Below are positions 12,687 to 29,529 of a DNA stretch of 64,000 nt, in pieces; positions within the stretch are counted from its first letter, which is position 1; the number at the start of each line of letters is the position of its first letter. This DNA is from the human T2T-CHM13v2.0 reference genome, Homo sapiens. The stretch lies in assembly GCF_009914755.1 (NCBI RefSeq), contig NC_060931.1, one strand, 5' to 3'. The notes under the pieces are model-generated. The model was not told the origin of the DNA. It did not search any database and saw nothing but the letters and a program-made list of their open reading frames with translations. The position numbers and the translations under genes are program-made.

Positions 12687-13320
12687 TTAAAAAAATGAAC
12701 CAGGTGTGCCAGGTGCAGGGCTCATGCCTGTAATCTCAGCACTTTGGGAGGTTAAGGCAGGTGGATCACCTGAAGTCAGGAGTTCAAGACCAGTGTGGCC
12801 AACATGGTGAAACCCCATCCCTACTAAAAATACAAAAATTAGCCAGTGTGGTGGCGAATGCCTGTAGTCCCAGCTACTTGGGAGGCTGAGACAGGAGAAT
12901 TGCTTGAACCTGGGAGGCAGATTTGTAGTGAGCTGAGATCAGGCCATTACACTCCAGCCTGGGTAGCAAGAGTAAACTTCATCAGATGTGGTGGCACATG
13001 CCTGTAGTCCTAGCTCCTCGGGAGGCTGAGGGGAGAGAATCTCTTGAGCCTAGGAGATAGAGGCTGCAGTGAGCCATGATTGAACCACTGCACTCCAGCT
13101 TGAGAGTCAGAGCTAGACCTGATAGCTAAAAACAAAACAAAAAAACCGGGCGCAGTGGCTCATGCCTGTAATTCCAGGACTTTGGGAGGCCTAGGCGGGT
13201 GGATCACCTGAGGTCAGGAGTTCAAGTCCAGGTTGGCCAACATGATGAAACACCATCTCTACTAAAAAATACAAAAATTAGCCGGGCATGGTGGCAGGTG
13301 CCTGTAATCCCAGCTAATCA

Positions 13321-13476
<156 letters not shown>

Positions 13477-13925
13477 TTAAGAGACTGGACATAGATGGAC
13501 AATAAAGGGAGCAGGACACCTGGTGAGGAGCTGCCATGTCAACATCTTTTGATTACTCCAGGCCACATTTTGAGCAGGGCCTCTGCTAGAATGTGGCCCA
13601 GCTTCACATGCCTCAATTCTGACACTCAGTGCTGGTAGAGGCCCTGTGATGTCACACTGTGGAGGCTTCTTGGGAAAGTGTTGGCTCTTCAAAATCAACA
13701 TCTTGGTTCATTCCTTTGATGCTGGAGACAATGACTTGTCTCTCCTCATATGTCTGATCAAGACAGTTAAAAACACAGTGGAATGTCTCTTTGTCCAGGA
13801 GCTTGGGCTGCTCTGGAGTTTGCACAAACACAAATAACCATCACATGCTGTCAGGCCATGTGTCTTGGTTATGACCGTTCAGCAGTGGACGTCTACGTAG
13901 TGGAATATCCCAAACATCTCTTTAA

Positions 13926-14054
<129 letters not shown>

Positions 14055-14618
14055 TGAGCCTGGCCCTTTGTTGTTGTTTTTAGACAGGGTCTTGCTTTGT
14101 CATGCAGGCTGGAGTGCAGTGGCATGATTACAGCTCACTGCAGCTTCAAATTCCTGGGCTCAAGTGATCCTCCTCCCTCAGCCTCCTGAGAAGCTGGGAC
14201 CACAGGCATGCACCACCAACCACATCTAGCTAAGTAAAAAAAAAATTTTTTTTCTACAGACAAGGTCTCGCTATATTGACCAGGCTGGTATTGAACTCCT
14301 GATCTAAAGCCATCCTCCTACCTCCATCTCCCTCCCACCTTGAACACCTCTTTTCCCAGGTTTGAAAATAAAATCTACTCTTTGAGAAGGAGAAAGAAAT
14401 GAGTAAGACAGAAAACCAAGAAGCCAACCAGGCTTGCCTGGATAAACACTACATCCCTTAAATTGGTTTTCCTTCAATGATACAGTGATTAAGGGTTGTT
14501 TTTTTTTTTAAGTTCCTACTTGGCATGTGAATAGTTTCTTCCTCAGTAAATTTGAATCTCAAGTGTCTATTCTGTGATTGAATGAAGCAAATCTTTTACA
14601 CATGGGAAACCATTATTA

Positions 14619-14981
<363 letters not shown>

Positions 14982-15362
14982 TCACTGTGTCTCTGTCCCT
15001 GTGCTCCCCACCCACCTTCTCTGTCCCTGCTCCCATGATGCCTGTCAAGGGGCACAGTGTGCTGAAGGAGGGGTTACCAGGTGGCATATCCAGAAGGCAT
15101 AATACTCGGCTTCATGAAGTCCACTTACTTTGATCTAATTTGTTTACTCATAAAGTTCATTAAACATTCACATCAACAGCTTCTGAATATCTAAGCCAAT
15201 TAAACATGGCGATGTTACTCGATTCTTAAAACAAGCTGGAGACCGGGCACAGTGGCTCACACCTGTAATCCTAACACTTTGGGAGGCTGAGGCAGGTGGA
15301 TCACCTGAGGTCAGGAGTTCGAGACCAACCTGGCCAACATGGTGAAACCCCTGTCTTTACTA

Positions 15363-15731
<369 letters not shown>

Positions 15732-16456
15732 CTACCATGTGCTGTAACTTGCCTTGTCACCTGGTGACCTGGAAGTCTTTGGTTTTCCCTGACCTTTGCC
15801 ACCAGATCTGCTTACTTGCAAGTCCTGTTGGTTGTAACCTTCCCAGCCTTTCCCCGTCTTCCTCCTTTTTATCTTGTTTCATTGTTTTGTTTTCATTGTT
15901 TCAACCCAGCTATAATCATATCTGGCCAAGATTCCTCCAATAGTTCCTAGTTGGAGTCCTCCAAACTCTCTTTTTTAAACAAAGATGACTGAACAGGTAG
16001 CTCATGTCTGTAATCCAAGCACTTTGGGAGGCTGAGGCAGGAGGATCACTTGAGGCCAAGAGTTCAAGACCAGCGGGCAACAGAATGAGACCTCATCTCT
16101 ACAAAAAAATTTAAAATTAGCTGGGTGAAGGAAATAATGTATACAGTGGTCCATTTCCAAGACAAAGTGGCTTAAATCAGGTTAGGCCAGCAAACTACAA
16201 AAGAAACAGTACATACTAGGTTTCTGCTTGGACACTCAATGCCTGCTTGTCACCACCCCCACCTTTTTAGTTGCCCCCACCTGAACCAAAGAAGTTTAGT
16301 CTAAGATGAAACTTTACTAGCCCACAAAATAGCTGGTTTTGTCTGTTCTTATCAGCCTGCCTAGCTACTTGGGTCATAAGTCAAATACTTGAAGAGGCTC
16401 TAAGCTAACTAGGATTGCAATGCATTGTGGGCTGCAACAAAATGCAGCAGGACAAC

Positions 16457-17020
16457 TGTAGGAAGTAGAAAAGTTCCTCTTCAAAGCTCATCTTGGTTTA
16501 AACATAAAATAATAGACACTAGGAATAATAGCTCCTTACTCTAAAGCCTCCTATCAACTATTAGTTCTTACACTTTAGCCCATTGAGTTGCTTGGCTTAC
16601 TCAGGCATGTCTGGACAGGCCCAGGCAAGTCTTAGCTCATAGTTTATGTCCCTTCCTTATTTGGAAATGTTATTACTTCCTTAAGCCTTTCATAAGCAAC
16701 TTCCTCTCTTTCTTTGTTCTTCCCTGCACTTACCTATTTAGGGAAGTTTTAGGCTATTAGCAAATCGGGCATCAGTTTAAGATTGTGAGGTTCAACTCCA
16801 GCCAGTGGATGCAGGACACAGCAGTAAGGACGACCCAAATGTATAAGGGTAAATAGATCTGCTTTTCCTTTGCTCAGGTGTGCTCTTGCCATTGTTCCAT
16901 CTGTGATTGAGCACCCTTTCCGCAGAAAGTAAAGATTGCCTTGCTGAGAGATCTTTTGTCTTCATGCTGACTTTTCTTCATGGCACCAATTATCTATTTC
17001 TAACAATTCTGGTATTTCTA
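16457..17020 (+). mobile_element. LTR10-type (HERV-I group, probably LTR10B/E) solo LTR nested in the outer LTR
   Basis: Starts tgtaggaagtagaaaagttcctcttcaaagctc. 5-bp TSD ACAAC at 16452-16456 and 17021-17025. TATA-like tataa at ~16842, AGTAAA at ~16928, and an internal p53 element typical of LTR10 subfamilies. Confidence 0.75.
16603..16632. promoter_or_regulatory. p53-family response element (three contiguous half-sites)
   Basis: AGGCATGTCT (10/10 RRRCWWGYYY) + GGACAGGCCC (9/10) + AGGCAAGTCT (10/10), with zero spacers. Confidence 0.8.
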
Positions 17021-17384
17021 ACAACCCTAAAGAAAACACCTACAGCCCCTACCCAACAACCAATAGGCAACATCCAGGAAGATTGTGACCCCATAGTACT
17101 CAGCCTATGAGGAACCAGGGGAGGTACCTGCAGACGAAGGGATACATTGCTTGTTGAAACTGTGCTATGTGTGCCTGGTGCCAGACACCCGATCCTGCAA
17201 GACCATCATTAAAAGTCTCACTTTCTCTGTGCTCTGGGTCTCTGAGTCCATTCTTTGGGTTTGGACGGGTGCATTTGTTTCTCACACTGGGTGTGGTGGT
17301 GCGTGCGTGTAATCTCAGCTACTCAGGAGGTTGAGGCAGGCAGATGGCTGGAGCCCAGGAATCTGAGGCAGCAGTGAGCTATGA

Positions 17385-17543
<159 letters not shown>

Positions 17544-17839
17544 TAGGCTGGTTTCAAACTCCTGACCTCAAATAATCTGCCTGCCTCAGCATCCCCAAGT
17601 ACTGGGATTACAGGCATGAGCCACTGTGCCTGGCCTCAAAAAACATTTTTTAATTAAAAAAAATATAGTCTCAGCCAGGTGTGGTGGCTCACACCTTTAA
17701 TCCCAGCACTTTGGGAGGCCGGATCACCTGAGGTCAGGAGTTCGAGACCAGCCTGGGCAACATGGTAAAACCCTGTCTCTACTAAAAATACAAAAATTAG
17801 CCAGTCATGGTGGCAGGCATCTGTAATCCCAGCTACTCA

Positions 17840-17986
<147 letters not shown>

Positions 17987-18332
17987 TTATTTTAGACAAA
18001 GAACTAAGAATAGGATGGCAGGGGTGTGAGAAGTCATGGGCTTCAGGGTTCCTGCATGTACCTGAGCTCTGAGACTAAGTTTAGGTTGGCAGCCGGGGTC
18101 TTGTTTATGCCTGTCTTAAATTATTTTCAGGGTCCCAGCCCTGAGGTTCACAGAGCTTGGAGGGAGAGGACCCCAGTCGAGACACATCACAGGGGCCTTG
18201 GGATGGCAGTGTGCAGCGGAGTCTCTGCACACTTTAGGATTTAAGCCTAGATCTAGCCTGCTACAGAGCACAGGGGAGCCCCCTCTGTTTCACCTTGAGG
18301 CAAGAAGAAGGGAACACCCTAGCCCTTGATTA

Positions 18333-19037
<705 letters not shown>

Positions 19038-19849
19038 TTAAAATAAGTACCAGGAAGCCACGTGGATGGGTGGAGAGGGAATACTAGCATCAGATGGGCT
19101 TTGGTGCTAATTGAAGCTCTACCTTTTACAGTAATTGGGCAAGTCACTCAACCCTCTCAGATTGACTTTTCTATGTAAAGTAGCTATTCCTGTGGATGGC
19201 TTAAGGGGAGTGGAAGCAAAGGTCATCAGAGTTGATGTATGACTCAACTCAGAGTTGAGGATGAAAAGTGAGGATAATAACACCTGCCTGTACCCTGGTA
19301 CAGATCATAAGATGTTTATTTATTTGTGGAGACAGGGTCTCACTCTGTTGCCCAGGCTGGAGTGCAGTGGCACAATCATGGCTCACTGCAGCCTTGAACT
19401 CCCGGCCTCAAGCAATCCTCCCGCCTTGATCTACAGGGATTTACAGGCATGAGTTACTGTGCCTGGCCAGATCTCATGAAGTTTAAATATGACGTAGCAT
19501 CTGGCAGGTAGACTTGCTCAGTGGAGGCCTCTTTTTTGCCTGGTGGGTCAGCAGGTCCTGTCTGTACAAATGATGTTTACTGGTCCACTCCTCCAGGTTT
19601 ATAAAAATGAGCATTTTCTCTGTACTGACAATAATGAAATAAGGAAACTGAGGCTTGGAGAGGCAATATAGCCCCGCCCGAAATCACATGGGTAATAAGT
19701 CAGAGAACTAGAATTCAAACTCCAAGTCTACCTCCTGGACCCAAGCTCTTAACTTCTGTGCTATGAACTAATACCACATGGAGAATTTTGATTATTTTCT
19801 TAGCATTTACCACCATATAACTTAATATGTATTATACTTATTTATCTTG

Positions 19850-20250
19850 GGATGTCACTTCTGGGATTAGGTTTCAAAAAGGACTGTGAAACTATCTCTC
19901 ATTTTCTTTTTCTGTCTCTTCCTCTTTCCCCTCCCTAGCCCTGGAGTAAGCCAGCTGCTTCTTATGAAGAGGTGCAAGTGGACAAGAACTGATGTCTCCA
20001 GCCCACAGCCAGAGAGGACCTGAGGCCTGCCAGCAGCCGTCGAAGTGAGTTTCAAAGAGGATTCTGAAGCCTTGAGAGAGCTGCAGCCCTGGCTGACACC
20101 CTGATTGTATCCTCGTGAGAGCCTGAGCCAGAGGACACAGCTAACCTCACCCAGATTCCTAGCCCATGGAAACTGTGAGGAAAAAAAGTTTATTGTTTAT
20201 AAAGCTGCTGAATTTGGGGCGATTTTTACCCAACAATAGATAACGAATAC
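19850..20250 (+). mobile_element. MaLR LTR remnant (MLT1F-like)
   Basis: Typical MLT1 3' portion: gctgcagccctggctgacaccctgattg...cccatggaaactgtgag...tttggggcgatttttacccaacaatagataacgaataca. Confidence 0.65.
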
Positions 20251-20446
20251 AAGGATATTGCTTATTACTCAACATCACTATATAAAGCCCCTGAAAAAAT
20301 GGAAGCTGCAACCAGGGAAACACTGAAAATCTCCAAGAACACTGTGTTTCTTCTTAAAGACAGGGAGAAAAGCACATGCATCTGTTTTCCTTTTAGTTTT
20401 GGCCACCAGGAAGCTCAGAGCCAAATTTATGATGCAATTTTCATAA

Positions 20447-20783
<337 letters not shown>

Positions 20784-20819
20784 CTGTGTTCTTATTCCTG
20801 GCCTTTCATTTTATTCTGA

Positions 20820-21173
<354 letters not shown>

Positions 21174-21449
21174 TGATCCACCTGCCTCGGCCTCCCAAAG
21201 CGTTGGGATTACAGGCGTGACCCACTGCGCCCGGCCCATAAATCATTTTTTAAAAACAGTTTTGAAATTTAAAACATAGTTTTGAACATTAAAAAAAAAA
21301 GTTTTGCACAGGTTGAACACAGAGTGCCCTTAGGTGGTAGTGGTAAGATCAAGTCATAGGAGTGTGGCTCTAAAGCTCCAAGCATTGGCCAGGGTTGATT
21401 TGGATTGGGTCAGAAATATCAAGTGATAACGACGAAAAAGGGAAAAAGG

Positions 21450-22560
21450 ATAGCAATAGAGTGCCACGTCCAGAGGGAGGGGCCGAGGCCTCGCCCAGTC
21501 ACCCACAGTGGCATCCTTGCTCCGCTCCCCGGAGTCCCTCCCCGCGCTGGCCCGCCTGGCCCCGTCCCTCCCGGCCCCGCCCCTCTCTCCCCGGGCCCCA
21601 AGCCTCGCGGGCGCCGTGGCGCGCTGCCTCAGTTTCCGCCGGCCGATCGGGCCTCCAGGGTAGTTGCGCTCTCTGTCCACTCCTTCGGCGCCTGCGCGCG
21701 CCTTCCCCGCCCCGCCCGCCTCACTCCTGTCGGGTCGGTGGGGCCGCGCGCCTGTCGGGGCGGGGCCCGGAGCAGGCGACGGAGCCAATGGGGCGGCAGC
21801 GGCGGCGGCTGAGGCGGAGGCGGAGGGAGGCAGACGGCGGCGCACGTCCTGCTGAGTGTCGGTGCCGCGGTGGGAGAAGGTGACCTGATACGCAGTGTGC
21901 GCTGCCGCCGGGATCCTGCTCTCCATCTACGCCTACCACGTGGAGCTGGAGAAGGGCGGGACGCCGAGCACCGGGCCCTCTGCGACCTGGGACCGTGGGT
22001 GAAGCGCTCCGCTGCGCTTGGCTCCAGATAGCCGGCGTGGGGGTGTGGGCCAGGAGCTGCCAAGCGGGGCGAGGGCAGAGGCTGGGGCTGGGGAGCGCGC
22101 GGTGGGAGCTCGGGCCTGGAGGCGGAGGGGACCGGGCCGCGGGGGAACTGACTGGGTCGGGGCTGGGCGGGAGGCGGCGGTCGGGCGCTCCTGCCCGGGG
22201 GCGACCCGAGCCCAGGTCGCGGGGAGGAGGTGGCGGGGCCGCGAGGTCGCCGGGGAAGAATGAGGTGGCCGAGTGCAGCCCAGAGGCTGGGGCAGATGGG
22301 GAGCGGTCGGGCGCGCTGGGGCTGGGCTGGGCAGGAGCGCGAGGGGGCTGCGGAGTGTGGGTCCCGGCGGCTTGACAGGTTTCCTCGTTCTCGGGAGGCG
22401 GGCCGGGGGTGTGGGACCCTGTCCGCAGCACCCGCGAGACCAGCGGCCGCCTCTTGTCCCCACCATCGCTGCTGCTGAGTCTTTGGGGCGGGCTCGGACC
22501 CAGGGAGGGTTATATTTCCCACTGTCTTCCTGGTGCTAGGACAGGTGTTTCCGTGATCAG
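21450..22560. promoter_or_regulatory. CpG island / promoter inherited from VKORC1L1
   Basis: Very high GC and CpG density over ~1.1 kb. GC box GGGGCGGGGC at 21757-21766, CCAAT at 21785-21789, reverse CCAAT (ATTGG) just upstream at 21384 and 21404, and a ZFX-like GGGGCCGAGGCCT at 21479-21491. Confidence 0.9.
21834..22027 (+). pseudogene. VKORC1L1: Unprocessed (duplicated) pseudogene of VKORC1L1, exon 1 only
   Basis: Frame-corrected translation T-AAHVL(fs)VSVPRWEKVT*YAVCAAAGILLSIYAYHVELEK(fs)RDAEHRALCDLGPWVKRSAALGS versus VKORC1L1 MAAPVLLRVSVPRWERVARYAVCAAGILLSIYAYHVEREKERDPEHRALCDLGPWVKCSAALAS. It is followed by intron-type sequence, not by exon 2. Confidence 0.93.
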
Positions 22561-23676
22561 GCCTCTTTGTACTCCAGCGCTAGTGAGAATTTGCAGACTT
22601 ACTAGGACGGTGACATTTGCGGGCAAACACGAATTTGACCCTACTTTGGAAGAAGATAACCGGCACTTAACATATCTGATTTCTTGGATTCCCCCTCGTA
22701 TATTTCGGTGTGCCAGGAGGGGGAAATGGTCTGAGTTCGAGTCTAGTTTAAGCTTCATTGGAGTAAAGGACAAGTATGTTATGTAGATGGCGGTGTTATA
22801 GGCATTGGGATGACTTTTAGACATTGTTGCTTATTAGCATAATACGATACCCACAACAGATTAAAAACACACGCTTTGCTAAACTGGAGTGATTGGTTTG
22901 TGTTACTGATCATTTTAGTTTTTTTTTAATGTTATAATTGATTTGTCTGTTACGTTTTATTTTAATGCATTGAATTTCCCTAGGCTAAAAGTTACTTTGA
23001 GAAAGGGAGAATTTACATTTTAAAAGTGGATGCGTGTTTTCTTTCTTTCTTTAATGGGGGGATTAAAAGCATAACAAAAGTCGAAGGAATGATTTCAAAA
23101 TTGATAGGTTACGATTTTGATAGAGACTATGTCTGATATTTAGATGTTTGTTAACAGTAGTCACATTTGAGCGATTTCTTCCTCTCCTGTTGATTGGTAA
23201 ATTTGTATGTATCAGAAATATATAGCTCACTAGTTTATTTCGACTCACATATTGTTGATTATATGAACAAGTAGCATTGGAGTTTGTCTTGTTATTGGTT
23301 ACAAACTTTAGGGAGCTGATCTTTCCACTTAGCCTTTTTCATGGACCAGATACTCTATCTCATTTGCTCTTAAACAAAAATCCTGTAGCTTTTTACAGGA
23401 GAAATAATTATCACAGGGCCAAATGGAACATTTTAAAAATGCATTTAAAATGTAGGTATCAGTTTACAGGGGAAAATACATAGATGTGACAAAAAGCTCA
23501 CATTTGTTGTTGGTTATTCAGAACAAAGTTAATAGGCTGATTAGACTCTCAGATACACTTTGAGAACCATTGAGTGTCTTTTATGCAAACATTTTTATGT
23601 TATTTCCACTTTTGGAAAGGACTTTTAAACTTGCAAGTACCTTTCACCCAAAGTTAGTTGAATGAATATATAAGGA

Positions 23677-23890
23677 ATATATATAATATATATATATAAT
23701 ATATATATAATATATATAATATATATAAAATATATATATATAATATATATAATATATATATAATATATATAATATATATAATATATATATAATATATATA
23801 ATATATATAATATATATATAATATATATATTATATATAATATATATTATATATATAATATATATAATTCATATATATAATGAATATATAA
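23677..23890. repeat. (TA)n / TATAA microsatellite
   Basis: About 210 bp of atatatataat-type repeats. Confidence 0.95.
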
Positions 23891-24081
23891 GGAAAACATG
23901 TAGCAGCACTTTTCAAGTATTTAAGAAACAAGAAGAACTAAAAATAACTTTTGATCCTAGTTTAATATGGAATTTAAGCAGAATTATTACCAGTTTTAGA
24001 TTTTTATTTGAAACAAGTAGTCTATAATAGATGGACCTTTTAACATTGGGGCATGGAAAGAGTACTTTACTATATGCTTAA

Positions 24082-24711
<630 letters not shown>

Positions 24712-25075
24712 TTAAAAAAAAATGGACTTTTCTTTTAAAAAGAGAGTTTTGAACCATTTAATAAGCATACACTCTAAATATTTTAATAGTTAATGCATCC
24801 TGCAAGAGCTGCGTGTTTTTGCACCATAAAACATCAAGTAGTATATTAAAAATATATATAAGTACATGTAAGACTAAAGGTAACTGGATCTCTTTATAGT
24901 TTTAAATGTGAATTTAATATGTTGTGACTGAAAGTGATGTTTCATTGTGTAGCTGTGGACATAAAATAGTTTAACTTAGAAGCTTGCAAAAGGAGGGTGG
25001 GTAAAAATAAGATATGCCAATAAGAGTAAATAATTTATTTGCTATCTATACAGTGAAATTAAGAAATTTGTTCAG

Positions 25076-25194
25076 TTTGATCAGCCTGTTTATAAATTGC
25101 TTGCAAAAATCAAGTACTTTATAAACTACTCATTTAATAAATGAATTTACAAATCAGCTTGTTTTGCAAGTAGTTTATAAACAGGCTGATCAAA
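25076..25194. repeat. Near-perfect inverted repeat (~120-nt hairpin)
   Basis: 25076-25108 pairs with 25162-25194 at 31/33 Watson-Crick positions; weaker inner pairing continues to a centre at ~25138. Confidence 0.9.
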
Positions 25195-26885
25195 ATCACA
25201 TATGTACGTATACATATATAATCACATATATATGTACGGATATAGACTAATTTTCTTTTGGAAGTGGTAGACACAACATCATTGAAAGTTTTTATTTTGT
25301 CAAGCTGAAAGAGACTTTAAATGAAAGCTGATTATTGGATGCCTCAAGTTAGTTTATTCTGATAGTGATTGCCATGTAGCAGTAATACTCAAAGATGTGA
25401 CTGTTTTAGGAAAAGAAAGTTTGAGCCCAGAGGAAAGTTAACACATGAAAAAGATTCTGAAGAAAGCAATCTTTGAGGACCCAGAGTCAGCATGTGGTTT
25501 TGGATTGCTTAAATTCACTTTATTCTCATTTCACAATCCCTAAATGTCTTAATCCAAACAGAATAAGGTAGAGATTAATGAGAGAATCTTGAGGGGCATG
25601 TGTAATCTGTGTGTAAAGTCCTCTATTATTCTGGGGAGGCATAATGATGGAAAGTTCCAGACTTTTAGGTTTCTAAAGAAATATTTCCCCCCAGTTAGGA
25701 GGCTACAATAGAAATGCTGATTTTTTACTTCTACCAGGTACAGCCAATAAAAACAGTAACACACCACTATCTCCTATCACCATCATTTCATTTAACAAAA
25801 GGATATTTCCATTCAAACAATTTGAAAGAACAGAATCTCTCAGAATAAAAGATCTTTAAATGGAATCAATTAGCTATATGGAAAAGTTTACTTTCAGACC
25901 AGCCTGGCCAACATGCTGAAACCCCGTCTCTAGTAAAAATACAAAATTAGCTGGGTGTGGTGGCATACACCTGTAATCCCAGCTACTCTGGAGGCTGAGG
26001 CAGGAGAATCGCTTGAACCCCGGAGGTGGAGGTTGCATTAAGCTCGCACCATTGCACGCCAGCCTGGGTAACAGAGCGAGACTCTGTCTCAAAAAAAAAA
26101 AAAACAAAAAGTTTACTTTCATGTTCTTACTATTCCCCATTTTCCCATAAATCAGTGAAAACTCTGCTGCAAACCTGCACCAGCCTGCCAGCTAACATTA
26201 AGTTAGCACTCCCTGTCCCCTTGGTTTGGTACACTGAACTCAAATCTAAGGAATCTGTGTGGGCTTCCAGCCCTCTGAGTTCTTAGCTTGTGGCCTTATC
26301 TTCGTGATGCCTCAGTTTCTTATGTTAAATAGGGATTTTAACACCTACTTGGAGCCTGGTGCAGTGGCTCACACCTGTAATCTCAGCACTTTGGGAGGCT
26401 GACACCTGGCAGATCTCTTGAGCTTAGGTTTCAGACTAGCCTGGGCAACAGGGCAAAATCCTGTCTCTACAAAAAATACAAAAGTTAACTGGGCATGGTG
26501 GTGCCTGCCTGTATTTCCAGGTTCTTGGGAGGCTGAGGTGTGAGGATCACTTAAGCCTCGGAGGCTGAGGTCCACAGTGAGCCATGATGGTGCCACTGCC
26601 CTCCAGCCTGGGTGGTAGAGAGAGACCCTGTCTCAAAAAACAAACAAATAAACCAAAAAACCCTACTTTGCTAGATGAGTGTTAAGATGAAAAGTGATAC
26701 ATGTATGTTCCAGAAATAAAGTCTGTCCTCAGTTATAGCTGTTACCATTGATTGGAGATGTTCTTATTTTTTTCAGTGTTTGATAACAAGTGCCTTTAAG
26801 TATAAGTTTCTTGTATATACTTGTGTATATATTTGAATATTGTTTTAATGTAGTTTATTGCTGACCTAAAGACGTGTTCATTTAA

Positions 26886-27155
<270 letters not shown>

Positions 27156-27414
27156 TGAACTCCCGACCTCAGGTGATTTTGCCCGCCTCAGCCTCCCAAA
27201 GTGCTGAGATTATAGGCATCAGCCACTGTGCCCAGCCCTAACATGCAGAATATTCTATGTAAGTATTTTCTATATATTAGACCCCCTCTAAGAAGGGTTT
27301 CTATGTAAGAATAGTACAAATGGTCTGGAAAGGCTAATAGGCTTGACAAATCTATGTTTCTTAAAACTGTAAAAATAGTCTGGTTGTCTTATGGTATATG
27401 TATAGGACATATGT

Positions 27415-27625
27415 ATAGGACATATACCATAGGGGATTTGTTCCAGGACCCCTATTTCTACCAAAATCCTGGCATAGTCAAGTCCCCACCGTGGGCCCTG
27501 CAGAACCTGGATATATGAAAAGTTGGGCCTCCATATATGCAGGTTTCGGTCTGCATTTGGTTGAAAAAGATCCACATATAAGTGAGCCCACGCAGCTTAA
27601 ACCCGTGTTGTTCAAGGGTCCACTG
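27415..27625 (+). mobile_element. MER8 (Tigger-family MITE)
   Basis: ggggatttgttccaggacccc...accaaaatcc...aaacccgtgttgttcaagggtccactg matches the MER8 consensus as recalled. Confidence 0.75.
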
Positions 27626-27645
27626 CATTTGAAAATCAAGTCCAC

Positions 27646-28049
<404 letters not shown>

Positions 28050-28183
28050 TTAAAAAAAAGTACAATCTATTTACTACCCCTATGAGATAATGAAACTTTT
28101 AGAATTAGAATAGAACCTAGGACCGGACATGGTGGTTCACGCCTGTAATCCCAGCACTTTGGGAGGCTGAGGTGGGTGGATCA

Positions 28184-28363
<180 letters not shown>

Positions 28364-28373
28364 CTACACTCTA

Positions 28374-28595
<222 letters not shown>

Positions 28596-29529
28596 TTATT
28601 GCTCCTTGCTTTGTCTGAGATTCAGAGGTTAAGTGACTTGCCCAAGGTAACACAGCTAGTAGTAAACTGAAACTTGACACCTGGCTTCCAGAGTACTTAT
28701 TTAGAGTCCCTTTTTGCAGCCCCATTTTAAAAATTAAATTCTTGGCTGGACGCAGTGGCTCACGCCTGTAATCTCAGCACTTTGGGAGGCCAAGGCTGGC
28801 GGATCATGAGGTCGGGAGATCAAGACCATCCTGGCTAACATGGTGAAACACCTCTACTAAAAATACAAAAAAAGTTAGCTGGGTGTGGTGGCACATGCCT
28901 GTAGTCCCAGCTACTCAGGAGGTTGAGGCAGGAGAATCGCTTGATCCCGGGAGGCAGAGGTTGCTGTGAGCCGAGATCGCGCAACTGCACTCTAGCCTGG
29001 GTGACAGACTGAGACTCCATCTCAAAAAAAAAAATTTAAATTCTTGTCTAGATAACACATTTGCTGCTTCAGATTTGAAAGATAACAAAGCATGTACAGT
29101 GAAGTTTCCTTCATATCCCTTCCACCAGACAGTTCTCCCTCTCAGTAGACCGGTTTGAAACTTTTCAGAGCCATTTGACGCATAGACAAACATCCATGTG
29201 ACCATATGATTCCTCCCTTTTTTTTAACATGAGAGTATCACATATGCATCCTGATTGATAGCCTGCTTTTTGCTTGGCATTTGTTCCATTACTCCCATAA
29301 TTTAAATGCTTGTATTCATATTTAGTGAAATGTTAATAACTGCTAGTACGTAAAAGAGAGTTTCTTCTAGTAATTTTCACTAACCAAGATGAATTTCAGA
29401 AATAAAATTCTTAACATTATCATTGTTTCTTGGTATGGAAATTTCAGAAGCAGGTTGAACTGAAAAAAGTCCAAGAGGAATAGAGAAATATCACAAGGAA
29501 GTGAATCTGGACTGTAGTAGAGATAAATA

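Larger units (their letters stand above)
16126..17286 (+). mobile_element. ERV1-class solo LTR (outer; family not assigned)
   Basis: TG...CA termini (tgaaggaaat...tttctcaca); 5-bp TSD CTGGG at 16121-16125 and 17287-17291; CCAAT at ~17060 and ATTAAA at ~17208. Confidence 0.85.

Noticed and set aside
21354-22522. Overlapping 120-297 aa ORFs in the CpG island, or a functional VKORC1L1
   Set aside because: These are GC-content artefacts. The real homologous frame lacks its start codon and splice donor and has a stop and two frameshifts.
22785-22793. YY1-like AGATGGCGG downstream of the island
   Set aside because: A single short motif, too likely to occur by chance.
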